From contig LCBT01000001.1 in the NCBI GenBank assembly GCA_000997385.1, forward strand, positions 49,707 to 113,706: DNA of 64,000 nt, read 5' to 3'. The DNA comes from Candidatus Daviesbacteria bacterium GW2011_GWA1_41_61 (GTDB taxonomy: Bacteria; Patescibacteriota; Microgenomatia; Daviesbacterales; UBA10151). The translations under genes and the position numbers were made by a program. The notes under the pieces are model-generated. The model was not told the DNA's origin. It saw only the letters and a program-made list of their open reading frames with translations, and searched no databases. Positions 56,134 through 64,000 of the stretch are shown here, piece by piece; position 1 is the first letter of the stretch, and every line of letters starts with the position of its first letter.

Positions 56134-56739
56134 TTAATCTTTTAAGGCTTTAAGAAAAAGTTTATATATTAAAACCGCTGCCAGCCAGATACCCGTATAA
56201 ACCAGAACTCTTCCCAGGATATTAGTAGGATAGAACCTAACAGTCGCTTTGGAATTAAAAAACAGCTCTTCTCCCACCCCGTTGTTTCTAACAATAATAT
56301 GATTACCTGTAAAATCACTCCCGCGGTTATAAATTCTATTTTCTACTTCCGGCTCATAACCGTTGACAAAAAACGATTCTCTTAAAGGATAAACATATTC
56401 TTCCAAAAAAGTACTCTCTTGCTGATCCCGAATGTATTGATAGGCATATTCCGGAGGATGATTTAAAGTCAGCGGCGGTAAAATTCTCCCAAAAATATGG
56501 AGGCTGGCAAATTTTTGTTTGTAATAATCAGTAATATAGTCTCTTCTAAAATCCGAAAAATAGGCTGCAATATTAGGGTTCTGGATAGTGTCCCCTTCTA
56601 AGGTTGACTTCAGCGAGGGGGTGAGTGGAGGAAAATCCTCTATTTTAGTGGGGCCGGGCAAGATAAGGTAAACCAGGCCCAAGATAAAAATTAAACTTAA
56701 AATCTTTCTTTTCATTTCCGCAGGAAAGAACTTGTTCAT
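56134..56739 (-). CDS. Hypothetical membrane protein (N- and C-terminal TM helices, 201 aa)
   Basis: [15 protein letters not shown] and [18 protein letters not shown] hydrophobic segments. No family assigned. Confidence 0.45.
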   Translation of the reverse strand: MNKFFPAEMKRKILSLIFILGLVYLILPGPTKIEDFPPLTPSLKSTLEGDTIQNPNIAAYFSDFRRDYITDYYKQKFASLHIFGRILPPLTLNHPPEYAYQYIRDQQESTFLEEYVYPLRESFFVNGYEPEVENRIYNRGSDFTGNHIIVRNNGVGEELFFNSKATVRFYPTNILGRVLVYTGIWLAAVLIYKLFLKALKD

Positions 56740-57386
56740 TGAAAAAGCCTGGCTCGGCCCAGCTTATAATGAAGATCTTTTAACTGTCTTTCCCCAATCA
56801 CCTTGGCCGGAACCCCACCCACAATGGCAAAATCTGGTACATCTTTGGTGACCACTGCCCCGGCAGCGATTATTGCCCCGAAACCCACTTTTACCCCCGG
56901 CAGGATAATAGATTTGGGGCCAATAAATACATAATCGCCAATTTCAACGGGTGCATTAATAGGCTGAAAATCCTCAGTATTAATATCATGTTCTGAGTTA
57001 TAAATCATCACCTCAGAAGCAATGTCAGTATAGTTACCAATCTTTAATCTTTCCCGGCCATCCAGAAAAGCATTTTGGCCCACAATGGTTCCTTCCCCAA
57101 TTTCCACCCCAGCTGGATTAAAAAACTGCGTCCCAATATGCAGATGGGATTTTTTACCAATCTTTACCCCAGCCAAACGGTAAAAAAACCATCTAATAGT
57201 ATAAATAGGAATAATACCAACTAAGCGAAGAAAGAGTAGCTCAAAATCTAAAAAGTAGTTATAAAAACGGTCAATAATCTTTCTTACAGCAGTAGTCAAA
57301 TCTAAAGATCTTCCCATTCTATCCTTAAAAACAATAGTAGGAATCCCTTTATTCAACCTTATTTGAACATTATCTGAAAACAACAT
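56736..57386 (-). CDS. Hexapeptide-repeat (LbH) acetyltransferase, candidate N/O-acetyltransferase for the FdtA/FdtB product
   Basis: LbH repeats [31 protein letters not shown] and an N-terminal hydrophobic segment. Confidence 0.65.
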   Translation of the reverse strand: MLFSDNVQIRLNKGIPTIVFKDRMGRSLDLTTAVRKIIDRFYNYFLDFELLFLRLVGIIPIYTIRWFFYRLAGVKIGKKSHLHIGTQFFNPAGVEIGEGTIVGQNAFLDGRERLKIGNYTDIASEVMIYNSEHDINTEDFQPINAPVEIGDYVFIGPKSIILPGVKVGFGAIIAAGAVVTKDVPDFAIVGGVPAKVIGERQLKDLHYKLGRARLFQ

Positions 57387-57395
57387 CTGGATTAA

Positions 57396-58331
57396 TTATA
57401 CTTGAGTTTGGTTAAAAATACTAAATACTTCCTCATCTGTTAATTTTGCCTGAGCCTTTTCTATTTTCCTTTTGGATAAAATTTGTGGTAGCCTTTTTAA
57501 AGCTGATAAAAAGATTTTACTGTATCCTGGATGCTTCAGTAATCTAAGCACTAAGGTCTTTTGATGATCTGAAATTAACTTTTGACTGGTAATATTTTTC
57601 CAAGTAAAGATCAAAAGGTTTCTTTCAGCAGTTTGAGATACTATTTTTTGAGAATAATTTGTTTCAATTACTCCTGGCTCTTTATAATGTTCCACTAAAC
57701 TTTTGGGTTCCCAAAGATTGATATAGCCTCTTTTCCAGGCTCTATAGCCCAAATCTAGGTCTTCCAAATAGAAAGGATCATAGAGAGTATCTAAACCTCC
57801 CATCTCATCCCATAAACTCTTACGGAATACTCCACTCCCCCCTGAAACCCACAAAGTTATATGCGCTTTAGCCTCACAGGTGGACGTCTTTCGTGCCTGA
57901 TCGTGCCAGAAGAAGCCATCATGAAAAGTAGCTGTGGCCCAAAGCCCTCCGGTGTTACAACCGACGCTAAAAACCTTAGGATCATCAAAGTGAGATAAAA
58001 TTGGCTTAAGAAAATCTTTTGAAGGGGCAGCATCAGTATTAAAAAGTACTATCAAATCACCCTTGGCCTCCCTTACCCCCTTATCAACATTAGAAGAAAA
58101 ACCTAAATTCCTTTCAATCTTACTTTCTAAAACCACCACCTCTTTGAACTGGGATTTTACAATTTTTAGACTATCATCGGTAGAGGCATCATCTGACATA
58201 ATTATTTCCTCTACCTGGCTAAATTTTGTTGCCTTAAGTACCCTGGGTAAATTTCTTTGCAGCTTTTCTGCACCATTCCAATTAGGAATTACTATTGATA
58301 TTTTCATTTTAATTATTCGCGACTTCTTCAA
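57396..58331 (-). CDS. Glycosyltransferase family 2
   Basis: KISIVIPNWNGAEKLQRNL and DDASTDDS. Confidence 0.7.
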   Translation of the reverse strand: MKKSRIIKMKISIVIPNWNGAEKLQRNLPRVLKATKFSQVEEIIMSDDASTDDSLKIVKSQFKEVVVLESKIERNLGFSSNVDKGVREAKGDLIVLFNTDAAPSKDFLKPILSHFDDPKVFSVGCNTGGLWATATFHDGFFWHDQARKTSTCEAKAHITLWVSGGSGVFRKSLWDEMGGLDTLYDPFYLEDLDLGYRAWKRGYINLWEPKSLVEHYKEPGVIETNYSQKIVSQTAERNLLIFTWKNITSQKLISDHQKTLVLRLLKHPGYSKIFLSALKRLPQILSKRKIEKAQAKLTDEEVFSIFNQTQV

Positions 58332-59451
58332 ATACCTTTAAAACCTGTCTGGCCATCTTCTCCCAAGAAAATTTTTTGGCCTGTCGAAGCCCCTCTTTAG
58401 ATTTTTCCATTCTCAACCTTTTATCAAAAGCTAAAACCCGGATAGATTGCTCTATCTGCTCTGTATTATAAGGATCAACTAAAATCCCGGCTGAGCCCAC
58501 AACCTCGGGCAAAGATGAAACATTAGAAACAATCACCGGAGTACCACAGGCCATGGACTCTAAAGCCGGAATCCCAAAGCCCTCCCACAAAGAAGGAAGG
58601 AGAAAAACTTGGGCTCCACCAATTAGATAAGGCAAATCTTCATCAGGCACAAAACCTGTAAAAACTACTTTCTCTTCAATCCCCAACTCTTTAGGTTTTC
58701 TTAAAATCTCTTCAAACATCCAAGCCTGTCTTCCTAAACCAGTGGTTTTTCCCACTACCACCAGCTTTAATTGATCAATATTTTTGAAAGCTTCAATCAA
58801 ACGGACTAAATTTTTCCGGGGTTGAACTGTACCAATAAAAATAGCGTAATTACCGATAATTTTATATTTGTCTTTAATCTGATCAATCTGGGCTTTATTT
58901 TTAAAATGGTGGAAACTGGCTGAGTTGTAGCCTGGATAAGCAATGGTAATTTTATCTTTATTAATACCATAATATTTAATGATATCATCCCGGGAGGATT
59001 TAGATATGGTAATAATACGATCGGCTTGCATCAGTGATATCTTAGTCCAAAGTCGCATCTGATAAAGATCCTGGGGCTTAAAAAACTGCGGAAAACGCAA
59101 ATAGGCAAGGTCAAAGATCATCATCACCCTGGGAACTGGAGACACCACCGGAGCATAGTGGGTAGGAGAAAAAAAGAGGTTAGGTTTCTCCTTAGCCGTA
59201 AAAAGTATCCAGGGCAAAACGAGATATGTTTTAAACTTGTTAAATTTTAATATTTTATATTTCCAGCCAGGTCTCTCTTTAGGCAAGTCATCCATAGGAG
59301 GACCGGCTAAAATAACGGTGTAGTTATTTTTCTGATCAATCTTCTCCAGATTTCTTAACAGCTCAAAAGCTACCTGAGATGAACCCAATCTTTGAGGAAC
59401 ATTTGCTTCATATCCGTCAATCCAAATTTTTAAATTAGCCAGTTGGGACAT
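58309..59451 (-). CDS. Glycosyltransferase family 4
   Basis: WEGFGIPALESMACGTPVIVSN. Confidence 0.8.
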   Translation of the reverse strand: MSQLANLKIWIDGYEANVPQRLGSSQVAFELLRNLEKIDQKNNYTVILAGPPMDDLPKERPGWKYKILKFNKFKTYLVLPWILFTAKEKPNLFFSPTHYAPVVSPVPRVMMIFDLAYLRFPQFFKPQDLYQMRLWTKISLMQADRIITISKSSRDDIIKYYGINKDKITIAYPGYNSASFHHFKNKAQIDQIKDKYKIIGNYAIFIGTVQPRKNLVRLIEAFKNIDQLKLVVVGKTTGLGRQAWMFEEILRKPKELGIEEKVVFTGFVPDEDLPYLIGGAQVFLLPSLWEGFGIPALESMACGTPVIVSNVSSLPEVVGSAGILVDPYNTEQIEQSIRVLAFDKRLRMEKSKEGLRQAKKFSWEKMARQVLKVFEEVANN

Positions 59452-59471
59452 ACTTAATAATATTATTTAGA

Positions 59472-60485
59472 TTATCTAACCAAATCCCTATAAACAGAAG
59501 CTGTCTGATGAGCACATCTTTTCCAGGAAAACTTTTTAACCTGCTGAAAACCTTTATCAATCATATCATCTCTTATCTGTTTGTCATTCATTGCTGCCTT
59601 CAGCTTCTTTTTTATATCCTCAACATCCTCCGGGTCAACATAAAAGGCAGCCTCTCCTCCCACTTCCGGCATACTGGATAGATTAGAAGTAATTACCGCT
59701 GTTCCGCAAGCCATAGCTTCCAAGATCGGCAAACCGAAACCCTCATAAAAAGATGGATAGAGTAACACTTTGGCAGCTGAATATAAAAGCGGCATCTGAT
59801 CATCAGACAAGTAGGGTAAATCCTGGCCACTAATAACCAGATTGTACTCTTTAGCTGCTTCTTTTACCCTTTCTAAATTTCTTCTTTCCCCTACTCCGCC
59901 AATAGCTAAAACAAATTCCTTGGGCAGATGATACTTACTTCTAAACTCCTTTATTTCTTTTTCATTTTGAGGCTGGAAATGTTCTCCTGCTGCCTCGTAA
60001 ACGACGATTATCTTCTCATTTGGGATCTGAGAAATTTCCATCAAATCTTTTTTGGTGGCTTCAGAAACCGTAATGACAATATCAATTTCTTTTTCTACCA
60101 GTTGCAACCTTCTTTTATGAACTGCTACAACTTTAGGATGGGACCACTGAGGATATTTTAAAGGAATGACATCATGATAAGTAGTAACCTTTTTAGCTTT
60201 GGTTTTGGGCTGCAGCCAGTCGCTGCTGTGAAAGATATCTAAAGGACCAATAAACTTTTCGATAGGGATAACTCTTAACCGGTTAAATAAAATCTCAGCC
60301 AGCGTGGGAGGAATTTTAAAAGACTTTACTCCTTTCAAATTACCTTTATAGCTCTTGCGTAAAGAGGTATAAAAAAAGACCATCTGAAGATCGGCAAGGC
60401 TACTCAACTCCTGGGCTAAATTCTTAGTATAAGTTGCCACCCCTCCGTGGTGAGCTGTTTGGGAGATATCAAATCCAACCTTCAT
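59472..60485 (-). CDS. Glycosyltransferase family 4
   Basis: YEGFGLPILEAMACGTAVITSN. Confidence 0.8.
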   Translation of the reverse strand: MKVGFDISQTAHHGGVATYTKNLAQELSSLADLQMVFFYTSLRKSYKGNLKGVKSFKIPPTLAEILFNRLRVIPIEKFIGPLDIFHSSDWLQPKTKAKKVTTYHDVIPLKYPQWSHPKVVAVHKRRLQLVEKEIDIVITVSEATKKDLMEISQIPNEKIIVVYEAAGEHFQPQNEKEIKEFRSKYHLPKEFVLAIGGVGERRNLERVKEAAKEYNLVISGQDLPYLSDDQMPLLYSAAKVLLYPSFYEGFGLPILEAMACGTAVITSNLSSMPEVGGEAAFYVDPEDVEDIKKKLKAAMNDKQIRDDMIDKGFQQVKKFSWKRCAHQTASVYRDLVR

Positions 60486-60499
60486 CTAATCTAATTGTA

Positions 60500-62023
60500 T
60501 CAGAATTTAAAGTTGTAGAAATCCAGTTGATCTTTTTGATCTTTGGTTAAAGTGGGTACCTTTTCTTTTAAAACCATCAATTTTGTCTCTTGGCCATCTC
60601 TGGTTAATTTGACATACCTTAGGAAATACTCTTCTAAACCAAAATACCCCCATTTACAATCACAATATAAATAAGTAGGTGGGGTTTGGGCAAAAATTTG
60701 ATATAAGGGATCTCTAATCTGGGGTACTTTGCTCATCCAGGCATAGTAGTTAACCATTACCGAAGCGTGATCAATATCCGCCTGCCAATAAATCAGCCAT
60801 TCATCTGGTACCACCATTAACTTTTCCCCGGGGGTTTTCATGATTTTAACAGCTTGGCCAAAATCAGTCTGCCGGGAATAGTTAATATAAAAATCTTTAT
60901 TAATATCATAAGTTGCAAACAAAGATCCTTGAGCTTCTTTTACCGTAACCGACAAAGCTCCTATTAATAAAATCGTACCTGAAAGCTGCCACCGCCTTAC
61001 CTGATAACTTTTCCAGACAATAAAAGTAGTTATCGCTGCCATTAATATTAAAGAAGCAAACCAGGGGAGGAGATGAAAACCGGAATAAGTTTGCTGGCCA
61101 GGCATAACGTATCTTATATTAATCAGGCCCAAAGCTAAAAACATCAAAATTACTAACTTCCATTGTTTTTTTGTCAACATTAAACCCCAATTTAAAATTA
61201 ACAGCCCGGATAGAAATTGAGTTACTTGTAAAGTAGCGCTTCTTCCTTCCCAGGATAGTAGAGACAAAAAAGGGGTAAAAAAAGCTGCCAGAGCAGTTTG
61301 AGTTAAAGGTGGCTGACCAGACAGCGGGATATAATATTTAAAATTAATATAGAAAACATCATTAAAATAGGCGGCGGGAGTCATAAAAAGTAAACTTACT
61401 GCTAAAAGCGGTAAAGACCCTAAAAAAAATGGTAACAAGTCTGAAATCAAAAGCTTCTTTTGCCACAAAAGCATCCCGAAAAGAAAGATCGTCGCTGGCC
61501 AGAGCGGGGCAAGGAGTAACCAAGTTAGTATAAAACAAAAACCTAAAAATACGCTTTCATATTTTGTCGGCGGATGATGGGATAAGAAAGCCCAACTTAA
61601 AAGATAAACTAAAGGATAAACTACCAAAGATTCTGATAAAAAAAGATTTCCCAAAAGAAAAATTTTCAGCGGTTCAAAAATTATTACCGTCAGCAGCATG
61701 GGTAAACCAAATCTTGCCACTAAAAAGATTGACCAGGCTGCAGCCCAAAAAATTACTGCCTCACGGTGCCTTTTAATTAGTAAAAAGATCGAGTTTGGTG
61801 AAGTTAACTTTTGCACCCCGGCGCTAAAAACATAAGATAAGGGTTGATGGTGGGAAAACAGATCTTCATATAATTTTTCTCCCTGCAGCAGATATTTCCC
61901 CAACACTAGGTTGTCCTCCTCGTCTACAAAGTGGAAAGATAAAGCCTGGTTTTGATAAGAGCGTGAGGTAATAAGTAAGACTACTAAAGTAGCTAAGATG
62001 ATTAAAATTTTATGGACATTCAT
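60500..62023 (-). CDS. Polytopic membrane protein, probable GT-C-type glycosyltransferase
   Basis: 507 aa with about 11 TM helices. Acidic DEED motif in the first extracytoplasmic loop (HFVDEEDNLVLGKY) and a C-terminal soluble domain. Confidence 0.4.
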   Translation of the reverse strand: MNVHKILIILATLVVLLITSRSYQNQALSFHFVDEEDNLVLGKYLLQGEKLYEDLFSHHQPLSYVFSAGVQKLTSPNSIFLLIKRHREAVIFWAAAWSIFLVARFGLPMLLTVIIFEPLKIFLLGNLFLSESLVVYPLVYLLSWAFLSHHPPTKYESVFLGFCFILTWLLLAPLWPATIFLFGMLLWQKKLLISDLLPFFLGSLPLLAVSLLFMTPAAYFNDVFYINFKYYIPLSGQPPLTQTALAAFFTPFLSLLSWEGRSATLQVTQFLSGLLILNWGLMLTKKQWKLVILMFLALGLINIRYVMPGQQTYSGFHLLPWFASLILMAAITTFIVWKSYQVRRWQLSGTILLIGALSVTVKEAQGSLFATYDINKDFYINYSRQTDFGQAVKIMKTPGEKLMVVPDEWLIYWQADIDHASVMVNYYAWMSKVPQIRDPLYQIFAQTPPTYLYCDCKWGYFGLEEYFLRYVKLTRDGQETKLMVLKEKVPTLTKDQKDQLDFYNFKF

Positions 62024-63435
62024 CGCTCTAAAAGTTTAATTAAGCCCACCCCGTAAAAATTATAGACATCTGATATCTTCCATCCCAAATTCGCCAACTT
62101 TTTTTCCAACAGCCTTTGAGGATCAGTTATCTCAACTAAATATTCAAAGACATAGACTTGCTCCTTATCAATTAAAATTTTTTCCAAATCGACCACATCA
62201 TCATCAGTCTTCGCTTCCACTCTTTTTAAACCGGGATAAGAGTTAGCTAAGTTCGGCTGATAGTATAAATAAGGGAATTTCACATGGTTATCTTCAAATA
62301 ACACCACAGATCTTTCATTTAACCTTTGATTTAAAAAATTAGCTGCCCCTCTCCAATCTTCCCTTTGAAACTGAGGGTTAGTGTAATAAATGCTTAAAAA
62401 AATTAAACTGCTTAAAACTACCACCCCTAAAGCCAACCTAAAAAATTGCAAGGGTAAAGAAAATATACCCCGAGCAATTAGCAGGTAAAAGGCTGGCAAA
62501 ATAAAGATCATTCTAAAATAAGAAAGCATGGGGATAAAAGGTGAAATTAACACTGCCAAAACTATTGGGATGATCATCCAGGCCGTTAAAAACTTAATGG
62601 TCTTGTCAGTTTTTCTAAAGGAAAGCCATAATATTACTCCATAAAAAAAGGCCATTAAGATAGAGATGCCACCATAAACAATTTTGTTATCAAAACTAAT
62701 CCTGCCAAAAACAGTCTTTATAAAAACTAAAGCTAGATTTTTCAGATCTGCTCCACCAGCTACTCTCTTCCAACCCGGCAAGTTTAAGGCAGCCTCCTTT
62801 CCTTCCAAAAACTGTTGGAAAAAAACTGTTAGCCACGGTGAGAAAATTAAAAAGGAAAGACTCAAAGAAAGCAGCCATTTTTTTAAGATCTTAGATCTAA
62901 TCCATAGTAGAAAAATTAGATGGGCTGGAAAAATTAAATAAGTTACATAATCAGAAGATAGAACCAACAGAGAACTGAAGGTATATCCGACAGTCGACCA
63001 TTTTTTATTATTTACAAGTTGGAGCAAAAAATAAGATAAAACAGCCACACTAAAAGCTGACAAAGAATACATTCTAGCTTCCTGAGAATAATAAACATGC
63101 AATGGAGCTGAAGCTAAAAAGAAAGCTGCCAAAAGAGCAACATTTTTAGAAAAAAGCTCTTTTCCTAAAAGGTAGGTTAAAAAAACTGTCCCTATTCCCA
63201 GCAGGATCGAAGGAAGTCTGACTACAGCTTCAGAAAAGCCAAAAAGATGAGACCAGACCCAAAGTAAAATAAAAAAACCCGGAGGATGATAATCACCAAT
63301 AGGATACTTGGTGATAAAAGAGACAAAATCCAGCATCTTGGCTGCCACGACATTATCAGCCTCATCCAGCCATAAAGATTGATTAATCGTAATCAGCCTT
63401 AGAATTAGGGCAATCGTTAAAACTATCCAAATCAT
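62020..63435 (-). CDS. GT-C fold membrane glycosyltransferase (ArnT/PMT-like)
   Basis: 471 aa, polytopic. Conserved DE motif after TM1 (LWLDEADNVVAAKM) as in polyprenyl-P-sugar-utilising GT-C enzymes. Confidence 0.5.
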   Translation of the reverse strand: MIWIVLTIALILRLITINQSLWLDEADNVVAAKMLDFVSFITKYPIGDYHPPGFFILLWVWSHLFGFSEAVVRLPSILLGIGTVFLTYLLGKELFSKNVALLAAFFLASAPLHVYYSQEARMYSLSAFSVAVLSYFLLQLVNNKKWSTVGYTFSSLLVLSSDYVTYLIFPAHLIFLLWIRSKILKKWLLSLSLSFLIFSPWLTVFFQQFLEGKEAALNLPGWKRVAGGADLKNLALVFIKTVFGRISFDNKIVYGGISILMAFFYGVILWLSFRKTDKTIKFLTAWMIIPIVLAVLISPFIPMLSYFRMIFILPAFYLLIARGIFSLPLQFFRLALGVVVLSSLIFLSIYYTNPQFQREDWRGAANFLNQRLNERSVVLFEDNHVKFPYLYYQPNLANSYPGLKRVEAKTDDDVVDLEKILIDKEQVYVFEYLVEITDPQRLLEKKLANLGWKISDVYNFYGVGLIKLLER

Positions 63436-64000
63436 CGGTATTTTTGTTCACCTAAAAAAGACTTAAGAAGAGAAATTTCTATGGCTAAATCATAGACCAT
63501 CTTAAAAATAAAAAAATGCCATAAAGTAAACTTAACACTTTTATAAACGCCATAAAATAAAGACAAAGGGAAGCTATAACGGATTAAAACTACCAGTCTC
63601 ATCCAATTTTCGTTGCTGATTTTCCTTTTTTTAAATTCGCTTTTGCCAATCCATCTGGCTTGCCGGTAAATCTCTGTCAAGCTTTCCGGGTTGCGGTGAT
63701 AGAAAACCGCCCCCGGGGCCAAAACAGCTAAAACCCCCAGCTTATCGGCTAATGTATGATCGTCAACATAACCAATTGTTTCAAACCCGTCAACTTTAGC
63801 AAATTCCTTTTTTAAAATAGCCCGGAAAACAGTTTGTCTGGCAGGATAATTTTTAGGGTGCATTCTATCTTCAGGTAAATTACGGTTGATATTCCAGCAT
63901 TTACTCCAAACATTGTCCTTATTTAAAACATATTCTTCTTTACTAAATGTACCGATAGTATTCCCTTCCCTAATGGGTCCTATTAATCGTTCAATAAATT
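63432..64000 (-). CDS. Polyprenyl-phosphate sugar synthase-like GT2 (GtrB/ArnC/DPM1-like), C-terminal part only (5' end outside the window)
   Basis: The frame stays open upstream of the ATG at 63863 up to the window end. The C-terminal region has a charged juxtamembrane helix (EIYRQARWIGKSEFKKRK) followed by two TM helices, as in GtrB-type enzymes. Confidence 0.45.
   Translation of the reverse strand, partial: FIERLIGPIREGNTIGTFSKEEYVLNKDNVWSKCWNINRNLPEDRMHPKNYPARQTVFRAILKKEFAKVDGFETIGYVDDHTLADKLGVLAVLAPGAVFYHRNPESLTEIYRQARWIGKSEFKKRKISNENWMRLVVLIRYSFPLSLFYGVYKSVKFTLWHFFIFKMVYDLAIEISLLKSFLGEQKYR

Noticed and set aside
1-64000. CRISPR arrays, rRNA genes, IS elements or transposases
   Set aside because: I found no regularly spaced direct repeats, no rRNA-like conserved stretches and no transposase or integrase-like ORFs anywhere in the window.

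Overview
This is an AT-rich (roughly 38-40% GC) window that looks bacterial and is very gene-dense; most genes lie on the minus strand and many overlap by a few nucleotides. The gene content points to a small-genome, low-GC bacterium (eukaryote-type alpha2 GlyRS, several GT-C membrane glycosyltransferases, a Bro-N protein, a reduced dcw cluster). This is consistent with a Patescibacteria/CPR-like organism, but that is inference only. From start to end the window holds: a partial PolX gene and tRNA-Asp; an APH-like kinase and a GT-C glycosyltransferase; a small coiled-coil protein and a minimal NUDIX; a LysM protein; a tRNA-Gly followed by a mixed-orientation mini-island (a 57-aa ORF with a Shine-Dalgarno (SD) site, a secreted protein, a Bro-N/antirepressor-like protein); an S9-type alpha/beta hydrolase and a PQQ-type sugar dehydrogenase-like beta-propeller; tRNA-Thr; a first glycosylation cluster (12.1-17.8 kb: GT-A, LbH acetyltransferase, GT4, NUDIX, GT2, an HprK-like P-loop protein, GT4); ndk, tRNA-Val, lepB, parB, rpmA-rplU, rodA and ileS. 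A division/cell-wall (dcw) cluster follows (ftsZ-ftsA-ftsQ-murG-ftsW-mraY-murF-short murB-murE-orphan gene-ftsI-ftsL-mraZ). In it rsmH/mraW is displaced about 7 kb and inverted, and murC/murD/ddl are not in the window. Between mraZ and rsmH lie glyQS, recO and a DUF4012-like protein plus a PglC-like phosphoglycosyltransferase and a GT4. The last 17.5 kb are one co-directional glycosylation operon (FdtA/FdtB-like aminosugar genes, 6 GT4, 4 GT2 (one partial), 3 GT-C membrane proteins, a Wzy_C/O-antigen-ligase-like protein, an LbH acetyltransferase and a GtrB-like polyprenyl-phosphate sugar synthase) with no Wzx/Wzz/ABC exporter in view. Non-coding observations are a family of about 30-nt intergenic motifs (core GTGTTCR) in the first 5 kb, two adjacent perfect palindromes upstream of the LysM gene, direct repeats around a TTGACA hexamer upstream of mraZ, and a stem-loop between rplU and rpmA. 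No CRISPR array, rRNA or recognisable transposase was seen.
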